This document shows positions 44,642 through 55,459 of a DNA stretch of 64,000 nucleotides, piece after piece; the first letter of the stretch is position 1; every line of letters starts with the position of its first letter. This DNA comes from a virus, in IMG/VR virus record IMGVR_UViG_3300035670_000044, positions 1-64,000 of that record; one strand, written 5' to 3'. The position numbers and the translations under genes were made by a program. The notes beneath the pieces were generated by a model. That model did no database searches. It was not told the origin of the DNA and worked only from the letters and a program-made list of their open reading frames with translations.

Positions 44642-47600
44642 TGCTTTAACCTCCCACCATGTAATGTACTGGGGCAAAACGCAAATGAGTACTTGCCTTC
44701 ATAGGGAGGATCAAACTTTTTACACTTTAGCATCGAAATACAAGCACTGTACTGGTAGGGGTCTTTAAGGCTTGCGCACAGCATTTCACTGCTCTTTAAA
44801 ACCCCGGTTCGCGATAATTTACTCAGTCCGTCAGAGCTAAAGACTATCTGCGGGTGAGCATCAGGGACTGAATTATAAGAGATTCTTTGCCCGAGTTGAG
44901 ACCCGAGCGGACGATCGATTGGGACATTTGTGACTACTGTCGCACCAGATGTCCCGTACCCCATCTCTGGAAACAGAGCTTTGCTGAAGTTGTTTTGACA
45001 CAACTGATCAGGGTCGTACCCTAGATCGCTACACCCTGTCCCACCAAACTTCCGACATGATGCTACTGGATTAAATGCCGGTATGCTAGACAATGGGTCA
45101 GGGGTTCCCGTACTCTCCGAAGTGTCCTGATACGAGACATTGTAATCTCTAACCGGATTGATAATGGAATCGGTGGGGAATTCAGACATCATCGATCCCG
45201 CGACATTTACTCCACTAGCCAACAAATTAGATACTGCAATGCGAATGTAACTTCCAGAGTCTGTAGAATTTTTGGCTGACTTGGTAAAAACTCCCAAGTT
45301 TGTACCGGCCTTTGAAATAGTGGACGCTTCCTCGGGGGTTAATGAATTACTGACCCGCACACTGTTCGGAATTCTGGAGTTGCCGATACCCGGTGATTCG
45401 GCAATGGGTGAAGATCCTACACCAGAAGTTTCACCTTTTACCAGGCTGGTAAAAGCAGTAAACTCTTTGTTCTGTGCTTGGACAATAGGTTCGGAGTATA
45501 TTGTCGGGGGTGATTCAGTGCTTCCTAATTCACCCAAAATAATGCTGGCGATCCTCAATCTCTCTGATAAAGTTTCTAAGGTATCCAACATCTCCATAAT
45601 CAAAGTGTACTGATCCGCAGATTCATTTACAAGTTGACCGGAGTTTCTGTATCCGGACAGTGTGTAGAGTAACCCGAACAGGTTGCAGTATCGAATCAGC
45701 GAGGTCATTTGCCCTCCTCTTACGCCGTCCAGGATCTTTCCGAGGGGGGACGTGGCGCTAGGCCCTCCCAGGGCTGCGTACAGTTCGGTGGGGGTGATGC
45801 CTTCGGTTTTCTCGTACAAACCTGAAACTCCTTCACCAACATTCCCTGCCGACTTCTCAATAAGATCGTTCCATAGGGGTTTTTGACTCTCGTATCCGGA
45901 GTTGTCCGAGGTAACCATCTGCGCAACCATTCCGGACAACAAAGACACCGAGTCACGGTCTTTGATAACTGTCGGCAATCCTCTTTCAACCAACTGCGTA
46001 ATTGACTGAAACAGGTCGAGATTGTTGCTCTTAAGGATCGCGTCGAAGTTTGTAAGCTGGTTGGGGTCGACTGCGTAGGTTAGGGTAACCACGTACCCTA
46101 TCAGGCGGGAAAATTCGCTGCCACGAACCCGGGACGCCAAAGACCTGTTCTTATTGAGAATCTCTAGCAACCTTAATACGGCAGTATCAGGATTTACTCC
46201 GTATAGAAAGTCTGTGTATTGGTCGATTGCCTCTTGTCCTCCAAACTCGTACAGGAGCTTAGTTAGATCATATGCCCGAAAGAAACTGATGACGTCTTGA
46301 GAGTCCGTCATCGGAGCAAAACGAGAAACCAGATCTGTCATCGATTCGATGGACATGATTTCCTGAACCTCTGCGCCATTAAATCCGATGGATTTCAAAC
46401 GCTTAGTTATTAGATCTCGGTCCGGCTCGTACACGGTGAGAGCTAGGGATGGGACATAACCCCCAGGATTAAACCCAACTGACCGTAGGGTACCTGTCAG
46501 GGAACCTACCAACCCGGACATATCTTTTAATTTGTCCCCAATGTTGTGGAGTTTGGGCTCATACCCGAGCAAAGCGTAAAGAGACCGATTAGAGCTGAGT
46601 AGAGATCCGATGGCACCTGTAAACCCTGTACCCCGTTCCCTGACATCGGAGGATTGAGGGAACACTTTACCCAGAGCATCTAGATGTAAGGAAGTGTTTC
46701 CTATGTTAGCTGGGGGACGGTTTAGCAATGACCGGATAGAGTCGCCTACCCTAAGGCATAACAAATACACAGACTCAAGAGTCAAAGACACAAAGTCCGG
46801 TTTGTTTGACGAAAGAGTCGGAGAAATATACCGGTCCGTCAATCCGCTACCGTATTTAACCGCAACCGGATTTGATTTCACACTGGATTGATTACCCGAC
46901 CTTGTGGCGTAGATCGACTCGAGAAACTTCAGTCCAGGTATGGTAGTTTCGGTGACCTTGTGTTCGTAAATCTCTTCAAACTGTCCAAATTTTCCTCCCA
47001 CCAGACCTCCCGGCAACCTCTTACCATACGACATGGCCATCAAGTACTCATAGTACCTGGATTGATAGTCTACCGACCCAACTAGGGATCCCTGGTACCC
47101 CCCAAACTCCATCGAAAATTTGTATAATCTCTTGATATCAGCGTATACCTTGCCCCCTTCACCCGCAAAAGTCGCTGTCAACAACGATTCGTCTACTGGG
47201 GGCAACTCCCCATCTAGTTTTGAATCCGATGTAATCGCATTGATGTCAGGTGATGCTCCGGAGATAACATCTGCTCGGGATGTGACTTCCTGGTCAAACA
47301 CTTCTACAAAGCGAGTTCTGAGCCTGGAGCGATACGTGAATCCGGATTCGTCGGGAACTACCCTGTTACGCTTCAACAGTCGGGATTGGGTAGGAAGCAG
47401 CTCAACCTGTGTACCAGACAGTGCGTACTCAGGAATATTGGAAAGGTATTCCGAAACTCCTCCTTTAAGGAGACTGGAGATGTCAGAAAGTGCTTCGAAC
47501 AACAACTCCTCGTACTTTCTGTACACCCTGACAGTGTCTGGATCAATCAGACCCGACTCGTCAACTTCAACGTACAGGCTGTCAAAAACCAGCTTGAGAA

Positions 47601-47844
47601 GAGTTTGTGTCAGGTCTTTGTCAAAACCAAGAGTAAATACGCCAGACGCCAGTTCATCCCTTAGAGGGGCAAAGGTGTCTATTTCTCCTCTCTCTATTCT
47701 ACCAGTTATCGACAAGACTAAATCTACTGCTACCCTGTAGAAGAGTTTTTTGTCCTCTTCAACAGGAAAATAGCCATACGAGTCGAGACCCCGGGTGACA
47801 ATGATACCGACCCGTTCCCTTACTAGTTCGGTTACCTCGTTCAC
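44638..47844 (-). CDS. large hypothetical protein with a Cys-rich C-terminus
   Basis: 1068-aa ORF; motif at 47874. Confidence 0.8.
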   Translation of the reverse strand: MNEVTELVRERVGIIVTRGLDSYGYFPVEEDKKLFYRVAVDLVLSITGRIERGEIDTFAPLRDELASGVFTLGFDKDLTQTLLKLVFDSLYVEVDESGLIDPDTVRVYRKYEELLFEALSDISSLLKGGVSEYLSNIPEYALSGTQVELLPTQSRLLKRNRVVPDESGFTYRSRLRTRFVEVFDQEVTSRADVISGASPDINAITSDSKLDGELPPVDESLLTATFAGEGGKVYADIKRLYKFSMEFGGYQGSLVGSVDYQSRYYEYLMAMSYGKRLPGGLVGGKFGQFEEIYEHKVTETTIPGLKFLESIYATRSGNQSSVKSNPVAVKYGSGLTDRYISPTLSSNKPDFVSLTLESVYLLCLRVGDSIRSLLNRPPANIGNTSLHLDALGKVFPQSSDVRERGTGFTGAIGSLLSSNRSLYALLGYEPKLHNIGDKLKDMSGLVGSLTGTLRSVGFNPGGYVPSLALTVYEPDRDLITKRLKSIGFNGAEVQEIMSIESMTDLVSRFAPMTDSQDVISFFRAYDLTKLLYEFGGQEAIDQYTDFLYGVNPDTAVLRLLEILNKNRSLASRVRGSEFSRLIGYVVTLTYAVDPNQLTNFDAILKSNNLDLFQSITQLVERGLPTVIKDRDSVSLLSGMVAQMVTSDNSGYESQKPLWNDLIEKSAGNVGEGVSGLYEKTEGITPTELYAALGGPSATSPLGKILDGVRGGQMTSLIRYCNLFGLLYTLSGYRNSGQLVNESADQYTLIMEMLDTLETLSERLRIASIILGELGSTESPPTIYSEPIVQAQNKEFTAFTSLVKGETSGVGSSPIAESPGIGNSRIPNSVRVSNSLTPEEASTISKAGTNLGVFTKSAKNSTDSGSYIRIAVSNLLASGVNVAGSMMSEFPTDSIINPVRDYNVSYQDTSESTGTPDPLSSIPAFNPVASCRKFGGTGCSDLGYDPDQLCQNNFSKALFPEMGYGTSGATVVTNVPIDRPLGSQLGQRISYNSVPDAHPQIVFSSDGLSKLSRTGVLKSSEMLCASLKDPYQYSACISMLKCKKFDPPYEGKYSFAFCPSTLHGGRLKQ

Positions 47845-47908
47845 AGAATCTCGTGCTACAATATCTCTAACTGGCTTTCAACTAGGCAGAGGGTTGAGAG
47901 CTAATCAC

Positions 47909-48535
47909 ATGCCTGTAACCATGAGTAAACATTCCATTGCCTTGCTGTACACCGAACGCTCTGAGTCAGAGAAAGACCTGACGGTAATGATCGGTCACTT
48001 GAAGTCAGTATTATCTGAGATCGAAGGGGTCGATGTGACCGCTGAGGTCCTGACCCACGAACGACCTGTCCCTTATGAGGACTACCAGCACCTTGTGTTC
48101 TGTGGCTACGACCATGTAACCCTGGGACATATCCACCTCGCCATGGCGAGCACAGATCCAGGCAGTGTCCGGATCACAATGTATGACGAGCCTGGTGCTG
48201 CCATCGACAGAGAGCTCGGTGCTATTATGTTCAGAGCTATTGATTTGCGGCGAGCACCTGGAACATCAGCGACTCGCCTTGTATCCTCATGGTCTCACCG
48301 AGACATTGTATCCATGGCCCGCCAAGATGTGTTAAGATTGAGCAATGGAACAGACGGACCTAATCAACCGGCTGCTGGCCCTGTCGACTCTTCACCTCGA
48401 TCAGGAAGCTCTGGACGCAGTTCTAGAACACGAAAAGTGGAAGCTAAGGGAAACGCACAGACACGAAAAGGAGATGCGTCAGCTCGAGTTGAGGATGGGG
48501 GTGGCAGTAGCTCCGACACCGTCAGCCCAGAGTAA
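47909..48535 (+). CDS. hypothetical protein
   Basis: Globular N-part; its tail overlaps the next gene. Confidence 0.6.
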   Translation: MPVTMSKHSIALLYTERSESEKDLTVMIGHLKSVLSEIEGVDVTAEVLTHERPVPYEDYQHLVFCGYDHVTLGHIHLAMASTDPGSVRITMYDEPGAAIDRELGAIMFRAIDLRRAPGTSATRLVSSWSHRDIVSMARQDVLRLSNGTDGPNQPAAGPVDSSPRSGSSGRSSRTRKVEAKGNAQTRKGDASARVEDGGGSSSDTVSPE

Positions 48536-49220
48536 CGTTGATTCCGATTTTAACTCGGAAACTTCCCATAACCAGTGTGGCCCGGAGCACATAGGCTTGA
48601 TTGCCAAAACTAAAGTCGGGTTGGGCGCTTCCCTCCGGGCAAAAGAACTTCAGAATCCGGATAAACTGCCGGTTCAGTTGTTAGCACTTGCTATCACGAT
48701 TTCCTGGTGCGGAGAGCGTATGGGCAAGTGGCCAAGCGCTAAAGACACCAAGGTAGCTCTGGGTCTACGGAACGACCTGACCAAATCTGTTGAAGAGTTC
48801 GGACCGGTTAAGGTCATAAAAGCAGTAGACCTAGTTTCCGAGTCTTTGATTGTGTGGGATCCGAGGATTGTATCGGAGCAACTGGACAATATCCGTGTAG
48901 AGTCTGACCGAATCCGCAGCATGATGGTATCCGGATCCCCCCTATTTGCCGAATTTCGCAAGAATCACCCGCAAATAGATCCAGAACTATTCGATTCGTG
49001 TTATAATCAGAACAACGGCAATTTCACAGAAGCTGCCTTATACCTGTTGCGTCGGCAATTTAAAACCCTGCCCCCAAAGGAGCTCGAGCATATCGACGGT
49101 TGGGGTCAGCGCTGGCAGCAATATCTACCCTCATACCTACAGAAATGGCGAAGCGATTTAAAGAGCATGGAAAACAGGATGAGAACCGCGCAAAGGGCGT
49201 GGAAGGAGTCAATGTCCTAA
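48345..49220 (+). CDS. hypothetical protein
   Basis: 291-aa ORF. Confidence 0.75.
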   Translation: MEQTDLINRLLALSTLHLDQEALDAVLEHEKWKLRETHRHEKEMRQLELRMGVAVAPTPSAQSNVDSDFNSETSHNQCGPEHIGLIAKTKVGLGASLRAKELQNPDKLPVQLLALAITISWCGERMGKWPSAKDTKVALGLRNDLTKSVEEFGPVKVIKAVDLVSESLIVWDPRIVSEQLDNIRVESDRIRSMMVSGSPLFAEFRKNHPQIDPELFDSCYNQNNGNFTEAALYLLRRQFKTLPPKELEHIDGWGQRWQQYLPSYLQKWRSDLKSMENRMRTAQRAWKESMS

Positions 49221-49402
49221 CCAACACGGAGTTTGGGGTGTACGTCGATGGTGCTGAAGAGACCATCGAGATGTACGAGAGGGGTGAGATGACCAGGGAG
49301 GATTTGTACAACACCATCTTGGACCTTGATGTAGTGTATAAGTCCAAGGCAGGTCAGGGAGTTGAAAGCAAGGAAGAAGAGCGAATGTAACCGTCCATCC
49401 CC

Positions 49403-51313
49403 ATGTCCGAGGATAAAAACACCCCTAAACGTCTTGTAAAGACGGGATACAACGACCGTCTTTACTCATTGGGGGTGAGTCAAGGGCAGCTAGGGGGATA
49501 TAAGTCAGACCCGTACACCTGGGGAGGACTTCCTACCGTCCTCACAGGGGCAATACTCCCCCGTCGCGATGACATCCTCATCGAGGAGGCCGGAGGGGGC
49601 CCCAGGGCGATCGAGCACTATACACGGCTGTTTAACGACTCGGCCGTCATGTCGGCCTGGGAAAAACTGGTGGGTGAAATAATTCAGAGGGAGTGGGAGG
49701 TATATCCGGCTAGCGATTCGGACAGAGACGAAGAAGTTGCCGAGTTTGTTCGTCAATCCATATACCATCTAGGGACTAACGGTCGTCAAAGCCGTGGCCG
49801 GGACATGCTCGTTAACTCCAACAGCGGGTTTAACTCTTTTGTCAAGGGCATGTGCGAAGCATTGATCCTGGGGATCAGTATTGGCGAGGTTGCTTGGGTT
49901 AGGCAGGGGGGATATGTGGTCCCTAGTGAGATAAAAATCCGCGACCCACGCAGGTTCCAGTTTGTACTGAATGACGACGGCTCGATCAGCCCGAGGCTTA
50001 TCACCGTCCAATCACCGGTAGAGGGGTTGCCCATCCCCCTCCGTTCCATGGTGATACATCGCCACTGGTCCTACAGCAACAACATGGATCCGTACGGAAC
50101 GGGCTTAGGGCGTCAGCTTTACAGCTTAGTGGAGTTCCGTCGTACGCTGATGTCATTCTGGCTCCAGTACGCAGACAAGCATACCACACCGACAGCGGTG
50201 GGAAAGTTTAGCCTGGGAACTCCTGACGAGGAAGTAGCGTCATTATTCACAGCTCTGCAGAGACTGGGCCAAGAAACGGCAATCGTAATCCCTAACGAGA
50301 TGGATGTCGACTTACTCACAGCGGACTCCAGGGCTGATGTTTATCAGAATTTGATTGGATATATCGACCAGCAGATCTCATTTCTCATTAACGGTGAGTC
50401 GACGGTGGGCCAGGACACCGGATCGACAGGATCGTACGCCAGGGACCAGGTCGCTGATTCGGTTCGGATGCGGAAGGCCAAAGCCCTATCAGAACAACTT
50501 GACGAAACAATCAACGGGACGCTGATCCGGTGGATCGTGGAGCTCAACTACCCGGGCTCATCGGTCCCCCGACTCAAGCGGAACTTCACCGACCTTGAGC
50601 AGCGCGAAGACCCTGTCAAGACTGTTCAAATTCTGACACAGCTTCAGGCGGTGGGGTATCGACCCAGCGATCTGGATTGGCTGCGCGACAAACTCCAGAT
50701 TCCTTCGCTCGAGAGGGTCGAGATGCCTACGGAGATGTCAGAACCGCAGACCGCTGATGCCGGGGAATCCGACGCCAAGCCGGTTGTAGGCGAAAGCATG
50801 ATTGGACGTATGCTCACAGACGCGTCTGCGGTATCAACAGATAATCTCGACTTTAGCGAGTTCGATGAGTCCGGTGACCTCAAAGACGAAACGGTTCGGG
50901 ATAAAGTTGCCAAACGTATCGCAGAGCGTTTCAATAGTGGGGGGATGGACGAGGTCGGTTGGGATCGCCTATCCGCCGGTATATCTTCAACCGACTCTGA
51001 GAATTCTAAACTCAATATCGATGAGTTCACAACCCCTGGAGACATTATATATACTGCCAAACGCCTCCTCGATGAGATAAGGTCCATACCAGTTACTGTT
51101 CCACCTGAGCATGACAGATTACGAATGGATTTAGTTAGATTTGAAAACATAGCACTGCGTGAGGATGATATGGACGAGAAGGAGGTAGCGGAGTTAGTGA
51201 AAATTTACACCTTGACATATCGTCTTAACCGGAGCCACGTTCACCGTGAATTAGTCAATTTGGATCCGGATAAGGTGGGATATTGGCAATCTTTCTCTCC
51301 GTATTTCCTCTAG
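49403..51313 (+). CDS. portal protein (Mu gp29 / DUF935-like)
   Basis: RDPRRF, PYGTGLG, FWLQYADKHTTP, AIVIP, GSYA, LIRWIVELNYP. Confidence 0.88.
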   Translation: MSEDKNTPKRLVKTGYNDRLYSLGVSQGQLGGYKSDPYTWGGLPTVLTGAILPRRDDILIEEAGGGPRAIEHYTRLFNDSAVMSAWEKLVGEIIQREWEVYPASDSDRDEEVAEFVRQSIYHLGTNGRQSRGRDMLVNSNSGFNSFVKGMCEALILGISIGEVAWVRQGGYVVPSEIKIRDPRRFQFVLNDDGSISPRLITVQSPVEGLPIPLRSMVIHRHWSYSNNMDPYGTGLGRQLYSLVEFRRTLMSFWLQYADKHTTPTAVGKFSLGTPDEEVASLFTALQRLGQETAIVIPNEMDVDLLTADSRADVYQNLIGYIDQQISFLINGESTVGQDTGSTGSYARDQVADSVRMRKAKALSEQLDETINGTLIRWIVELNYPGSSVPRLKRNFTDLEQREDPVKTVQILTQLQAVGYRPSDLDWLRDKLQIPSLERVEMPTEMSEPQTADAGESDAKPVVGESMIGRMLTDASAVSTDNLDFSEFDESGDLKDETVRDKVAKRIAERFNSGGMDEVGWDRLSAGISSTDSENSKLNIDEFTTPGDIIYTAKRLLDEIRSIPVTVPPEHDRLRMDLVRFENIALREDDMDEKEVAELVKIYTLTYRLNRSHVHRELVNLDPDKVGYWQSFSPYFL

Positions 51314-51379
51314 TCTCGTTGAAAGCTGTGTAGGACGGAGCCCCCTTACCGCTCTACAACTTTCCCAGACATATCTGTC

Positions 51380-51808
51380 ATGATCCAAATTCGACCCGTA
51401 ACCCAGAGCCAATTCCTGGTCTCTATGTCCCCTTTCTCCCATTACTTCACCTCGTTCTCTGGTATTCGCGACACCGCTGCCGCATCCAGCTACCCTGATG
51501 GTGTGAGGCAGCGTATCTTCCAGCTCCGTGGTCCGAAGACCCTCGCTGAGGCAACCTTTAGCACCCCCTTCGATCCAGAGAAGCATGCGGACATAGTGGA
51601 CTTCTGGAAATCAAGCTCCTGCGACTTTCTCTCTGCCACTGTACAGCCTGTAACATGTAGCGAAGATCCCCAACCCCTTGGCTCTCGCACTCTTATCATT
51701 CTGGATGCCCAAATGTCCAGTCTGAACTTCGGCTCTGTGGACAAGTCTAGCGGAAACCCCAGCACTCTGGAAATCACCCTGATCTGTAACGACTTTACCT
51801 ACGCCTAG
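51380..51808 (+). CDS. tail tube protein
   Basis: FTSFSGI...DG...GP...VDKSSGNPSTLEITL; 142 aa; motif at 51318. Confidence 0.65.
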   Translation: MIQIRPVTQSQFLVSMSPFSHYFTSFSGIRDTAAASSYPDGVRQRIFQLRGPKTLAEATFSTPFDPEKHADIVDFWKSSSCDFLSATVQPVTCSEDPQPLGSRTLIILDAQMSSLNFGSVDKSSGNPSTLEITLICNDFTYA

Positions 51809-51811
51809 TCC

Positions 51812-52570
51812 ATGGCCGCCCGGACATTCGGCTCGTTACCAATTAGCTGCGTCACTCCGGCGCAGCTACAGGCCCTAGCGGAAAAAAACATTGGGGTGGA
51901 GGGCATTAGTGGCGTGGGTTGTAATAATCCGTTACTTAATACGTGTGAGCGGGACGCCAATGACTTGCTAGCTCAGTACCAGGTGTACGATAGCACGAAA
52001 GGGGTTTATACTACCTGGGGTAATATCTCCCTGTCCTGGGATTTTGAGAATACGGGCAGCGATGAGAGGTGGGGATCGGCCCGATATGTGGACGAAAATG
52101 GATACAGAACAGGTGATCGAGTACTAGTCATCACGAATAACGGCCTTTTGGTGACATTATACGAGTCTACAGTAGACGGTCCGTCCCCATCAGGCCCGTT
52201 TGACCCCAATTTGTGGGTTGAGGTGTGTCATGTTGCCACAGCAGAGCCTGTAGGCCTTAGGGACATCAGGGAATATGAGTACTATGCCCCAAATAAGGTC
52301 TATTCCGTTGGAGATGTAGTCCTTCGGGACACCCGGTGTGGCGATGATACATGCGTGTATATTGCTAAGAGTACCGTACCGACCAATACCAGTCCTCCCG
52401 CACTGGTATGGAGCTTATCCTACTGTTCTTCCAATGGGAAAGCGAACACATGCGCGAAGCAGGTGGTCTGCGGTCCGGGTCGGGTCGTTGTCGACCTATC
52501 ATCCGGAGACCTCGATCAAATCTGTGTACCGGTTGAAAGCACAAACTCCGTAGGTCCTAGTTTTAGTTGA
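51812..52570 (+). CDS. Cys-rich virion protein with carbohydrate-binding-like repeats
   Basis: YRTGDRV and YSVGDVV repeats. Confidence 0.6.
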   Translation: MAARTFGSLPISCVTPAQLQALAEKNIGVEGISGVGCNNPLLNTCERDANDLLAQYQVYDSTKGVYTTWGNISLSWDFENTGSDERWGSARYVDENGYRTGDRVLVITNNGLLVTLYESTVDGPSPSGPFDPNLWVEVCHVATAEPVGLRDIREYEYYAPNKVYSVGDVVLRDTRCGDDTCVYIAKSTVPTNTSPPALVWSLSYCSSNGKANTCAKQVVCGPGRVVVDLSSGDLDQICVPVESTNSVGPSFS

Positions 52571-52602
52571 AAGCAGTATAGAAACTCGCTTCACACACTA
52601 CC

Positions 52603-53013
52603 GTGGCAACTAATCTTTTTAGGGGGTCGTGTACTCCCAATCTCGGTGGAGTTCAGGATTATTACACTAAAGACGAGATAAATCAGTTATTCAGAAAAAG
52701 AACAGGGTCAGATAGTCTGTTTCTCGAGACTAACCACATCTGGGTTGGTAATCTGTCCAATGTTCAGAGCCAGTACAGGCTTGACCCTAATCACTATATT
52801 GTAGACCATGCTACAGGGTCGGTAGCAAATTTGTCCACGGAGAGAGATATTGAAGAATCTAAACTCATTCGTCGTAATGCAACTGTGTCTATTGGAGTTC
52901 CTGGGACAGTGCCGTTTGGAGTCGGACCAATTATTCCCCCGGGCATGTCGTTGGTCGGTATAGGTCCCGACTCCTATAACGTAATAGACACCCGAAGCGG
53001 ATCAGTCTGTTGA
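52603..53013 (+). CDS. virion protein, possibly a truncated paralog of 40715-42235
   Basis: YYTKDEI motif; IGVPGTVPFGVG...SGSVC then stop. Confidence 0.55.
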   Translation: MATNLFRGSCTPNLGGVQDYYTKDEINQLFRKRTGSDSLFLETNHIWVGNLSNVQSQYRLDPNHYIVDHATGSVANLSTERDIEESKLIRRNATVSIGVPGTVPFGVGPIIPPGMSLVGIGPDSYNVIDTRSGSVC

Positions 53014-53043
53014 AAGCAGGGTAGAAGTTACACCGCTACCTCC

Positions 53044-54387
53044 GTGCCGTACTACGAAAATCCTCTAGAGACCCATTCCATTGACGAGGCGATCAGTATC
53101 GCCAACAACAAAGCGTTCAATGTCATCCAAATCGCGGATACTCGCGGGGTGATTGTCGATCCGTTTTCTGGCTCAGCGATAGATGCCTTCTCCCGTCTCC
53201 GAACCTCCGAGGCATTTACTCTAGCCGACTACAAGCACGTATATGGGATAAATACCGAACTGCTGGATGAGTTATCAAATGGCGGAACCGTTACCCACGT
53301 GGCCAACAGTGCTTGTGTTCGATTGAGCACTACTTCGAATACCTCCAGCCGATCAGTACACCAGTCTCGCATGTACCACAATTACATGCCAGGAAAATCC
53401 CAGCTAGTGTTGTCATCGTTTGTGTTTTATGGGGCCACTGCCAACGTAACAAAACGAACCGGGTACTTCGATGACCGGGACGGAATCTTTTTTGAACAAG
53501 ACGGAAACGGAGTATTGTCAATGAACGTCCGTTCGTATGTGACCGGTAGTCCTGTGACCGTAAAGATCCCACAATTCGACTGGAATGGGGATCGGTGTGA
53601 TGGTACGGGGGATAGCAGTTGGAATATCGATATCACAAAGTCCCAACTATGGTGGTGTGATTTTCAGTGGTTGGGCGTTGGTCGTGTCAGAGTGGGATTT
53701 GTTCACAAAGACAGCTACGTTGTTGCGCATACCTTTTATCACAGCGACGTCTTAAATACTGTATATATCAGTAATCCTAACCTTCCGATCCGGTGCGAGA
53801 TCAGTAATACCGGTACCACTACCGGGGGGTATTTCGATCAGATCTGCTCTACTGTTATCTCGGAGGGGGGATACACCGAATCGGGAATAAACTTTGGAGC
53901 AAACTCAGGGACGACATTGAAGGAGATTAATGCCGCGAGTGGCGTTGTCCCCATCATGGCAATCCGGTTAAAAAACACGTTCCAGACGTATCCCAACCGT
54001 GTGTTTGTGAGGGCGGAATCGTTGACAATGTACGCGTCGGGCAATCCCGTGTACTGGAGACTGATTAAGTTGCCTGGATTGTCCAGTATTACCTTGTCCT
54101 CACCCACATGGACTAGCGTCGATAGTGGGTCGGCTGTTGAGTATAACCTTACCGCTACTGCGTTTACGGATGGGTATCCGGTGGCTGGCGGTATCGTTGG
54201 TACTGAATCCCCAGGAGGTAGTACGAAGGGTACGGGGGCCGGTACTGGGGCCCTAGGGGGCCCCAAGAAGAGCTTTATTGCGCAGAATTACAGCTCGACT
54301 GACAGTGAAATATATCTTGTGTGTGCTCAGGCAATTGGGGGAAATGCTACTGCGGTTGTTGATTTGACTTGGCGAGAAATTAGTTGA
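53044..54387 (+). CDS. virion structural protein
   Basis: DAFSRLRTSE, YMPGKS, DFQWLGVGRVRVGF, NPNLPIR. Confidence 0.75.
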   Translation: MPYYENPLETHSIDEAISIANNKAFNVIQIADTRGVIVDPFSGSAIDAFSRLRTSEAFTLADYKHVYGINTELLDELSNGGTVTHVANSACVRLSTTSNTSSRSVHQSRMYHNYMPGKSQLVLSSFVFYGATANVTKRTGYFDDRDGIFFEQDGNGVLSMNVRSYVTGSPVTVKIPQFDWNGDRCDGTGDSSWNIDITKSQLWWCDFQWLGVGRVRVGFVHKDSYVVAHTFYHSDVLNTVYISNPNLPIRCEISNTGTTTGGYFDQICSTVISEGGYTESGINFGANSGTTLKEINAASGVVPIMAIRLKNTFQTYPNRVFVRAESLTMYASGNPVYWRLIKLPGLSSITLSSPTWTSVDSGSAVEYNLTATAFTDGYPVAGGIVGTESPGGSTKGTGAGTGALGGPKKSFIAQNYSSTDSEIYLVCAQAIGGNATAVVDLTWREIS

Positions 54388-54413
54388 AAGCCCAGTAGAC
54401 GTATTTAACGCGC

Positions 54414-55457
54414 ATGACATATTCCGCCACAGCGCCGGTAAAATTATTGTCCGGGACAGCCTCTGCCCCGTCGTTAACATTTGCCGGTGGCCCCGGACTG
54501 TTCAGTCCGGGACCCAACCAGCTAGCAGTTACCACTGGCGGAGTACAACGTCTTTTGATTGGGTCTGATGGGTCAATTGCCTCCAGCGGCTCTTTGTCCG
54601 GATCTTCTCTTTCTATTTCTGGTCAAAGTGCCAGGACAACAGCGTTACAAGAGACTTCTCTGCCTATCGCGCTAGACGCCACTGCAATGCCGGGGGCGTC
54701 GGTGTTGGGGAATGACGGACAGGTTTACACGTCCATCAAGATTGGAGAATCTTATGAGTGGTCCAAGGCACCTTCAGCGTTGTCAACGGGTGAGATATTT
54801 CTAGGGGTCAGCGAGCCACGCGTAAATTTTAACCATGCCATCGCTTCGGGTGGATATAGTTTTGCGCCTGCTATTCAAACCGAAGGCGCTGAGGCATCAG
54901 GCGCTTCAATCGGCATAACAAGGTATGTCGCAGGTAACGGACCATCTTATTTAATCTTGGCAAAGGTCAATAACGATAATCCATTAGAAAATACTGCTCT
55001 TGTTACGAGCCAAGACGTAGGCACTATTTTATTTATGGGCGCCGATGGCACAGAACTGATACCAGGGGCCGCAATTACAGCAACTGTTAGCGGAACCGTA
55101 GGCACGCGGTCCGTGCCCATGTTTCTTAATTTTCGGACCAAACCCGAGGGCGCAGTTGACGGAGTGCCCATCACGGGCCGAATGCGCGTCATGCCCAACG
55201 GCAACGTGTTGATCAACAACACAACCGGCACCGAGCGCTTGTCCGTTGCCGGCAACATCCAAACCACAGACGCTGCCAACGGCTTCATGGTCGGCAGCAA
55301 TCAGGTTGTCGGCTCTCGCAAAACTGGATGGGCCGCGCCAACCGGCACTACCACTCGAACCGCGTTTGACACCGCCACTGCCACCGCTACTGATGTGGCT
55401 GAACGCGTCAAGGCGCTCATTGATGATCTAGCCGCCCACGGCCTTATTGGAGCCTGA
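54414..55457 (+). CDS. tail fibre-like protein
   Basis: GTASAPSLTF...GLFSP; C-terminal LIDDLAAHGLI. Confidence 0.7.
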   Translation: MTYSATAPVKLLSGTASAPSLTFAGGPGLFSPGPNQLAVTTGGVQRLLIGSDGSIASSGSLSGSSLSISGQSARTTALQETSLPIALDATAMPGASVLGNDGQVYTSIKIGESYEWSKAPSALSTGEIFLGVSEPRVNFNHAIASGGYSFAPAIQTEGAEASGASIGITRYVAGNGPSYLILAKVNNDNPLENTALVTSQDVGTILFMGADGTELIPGAAITATVSGTVGTRSVPMFLNFRTKPEGAVDGVPITGRMRVMPNGNVLINNTTGTERLSVAGNIQTTDAANGFMVGSNQVVGSRKTGWAAPTGTTTRTAFDTATATATDVAERVKALIDDLAAHGLIGA

Positions 55458-55459
55458 CC

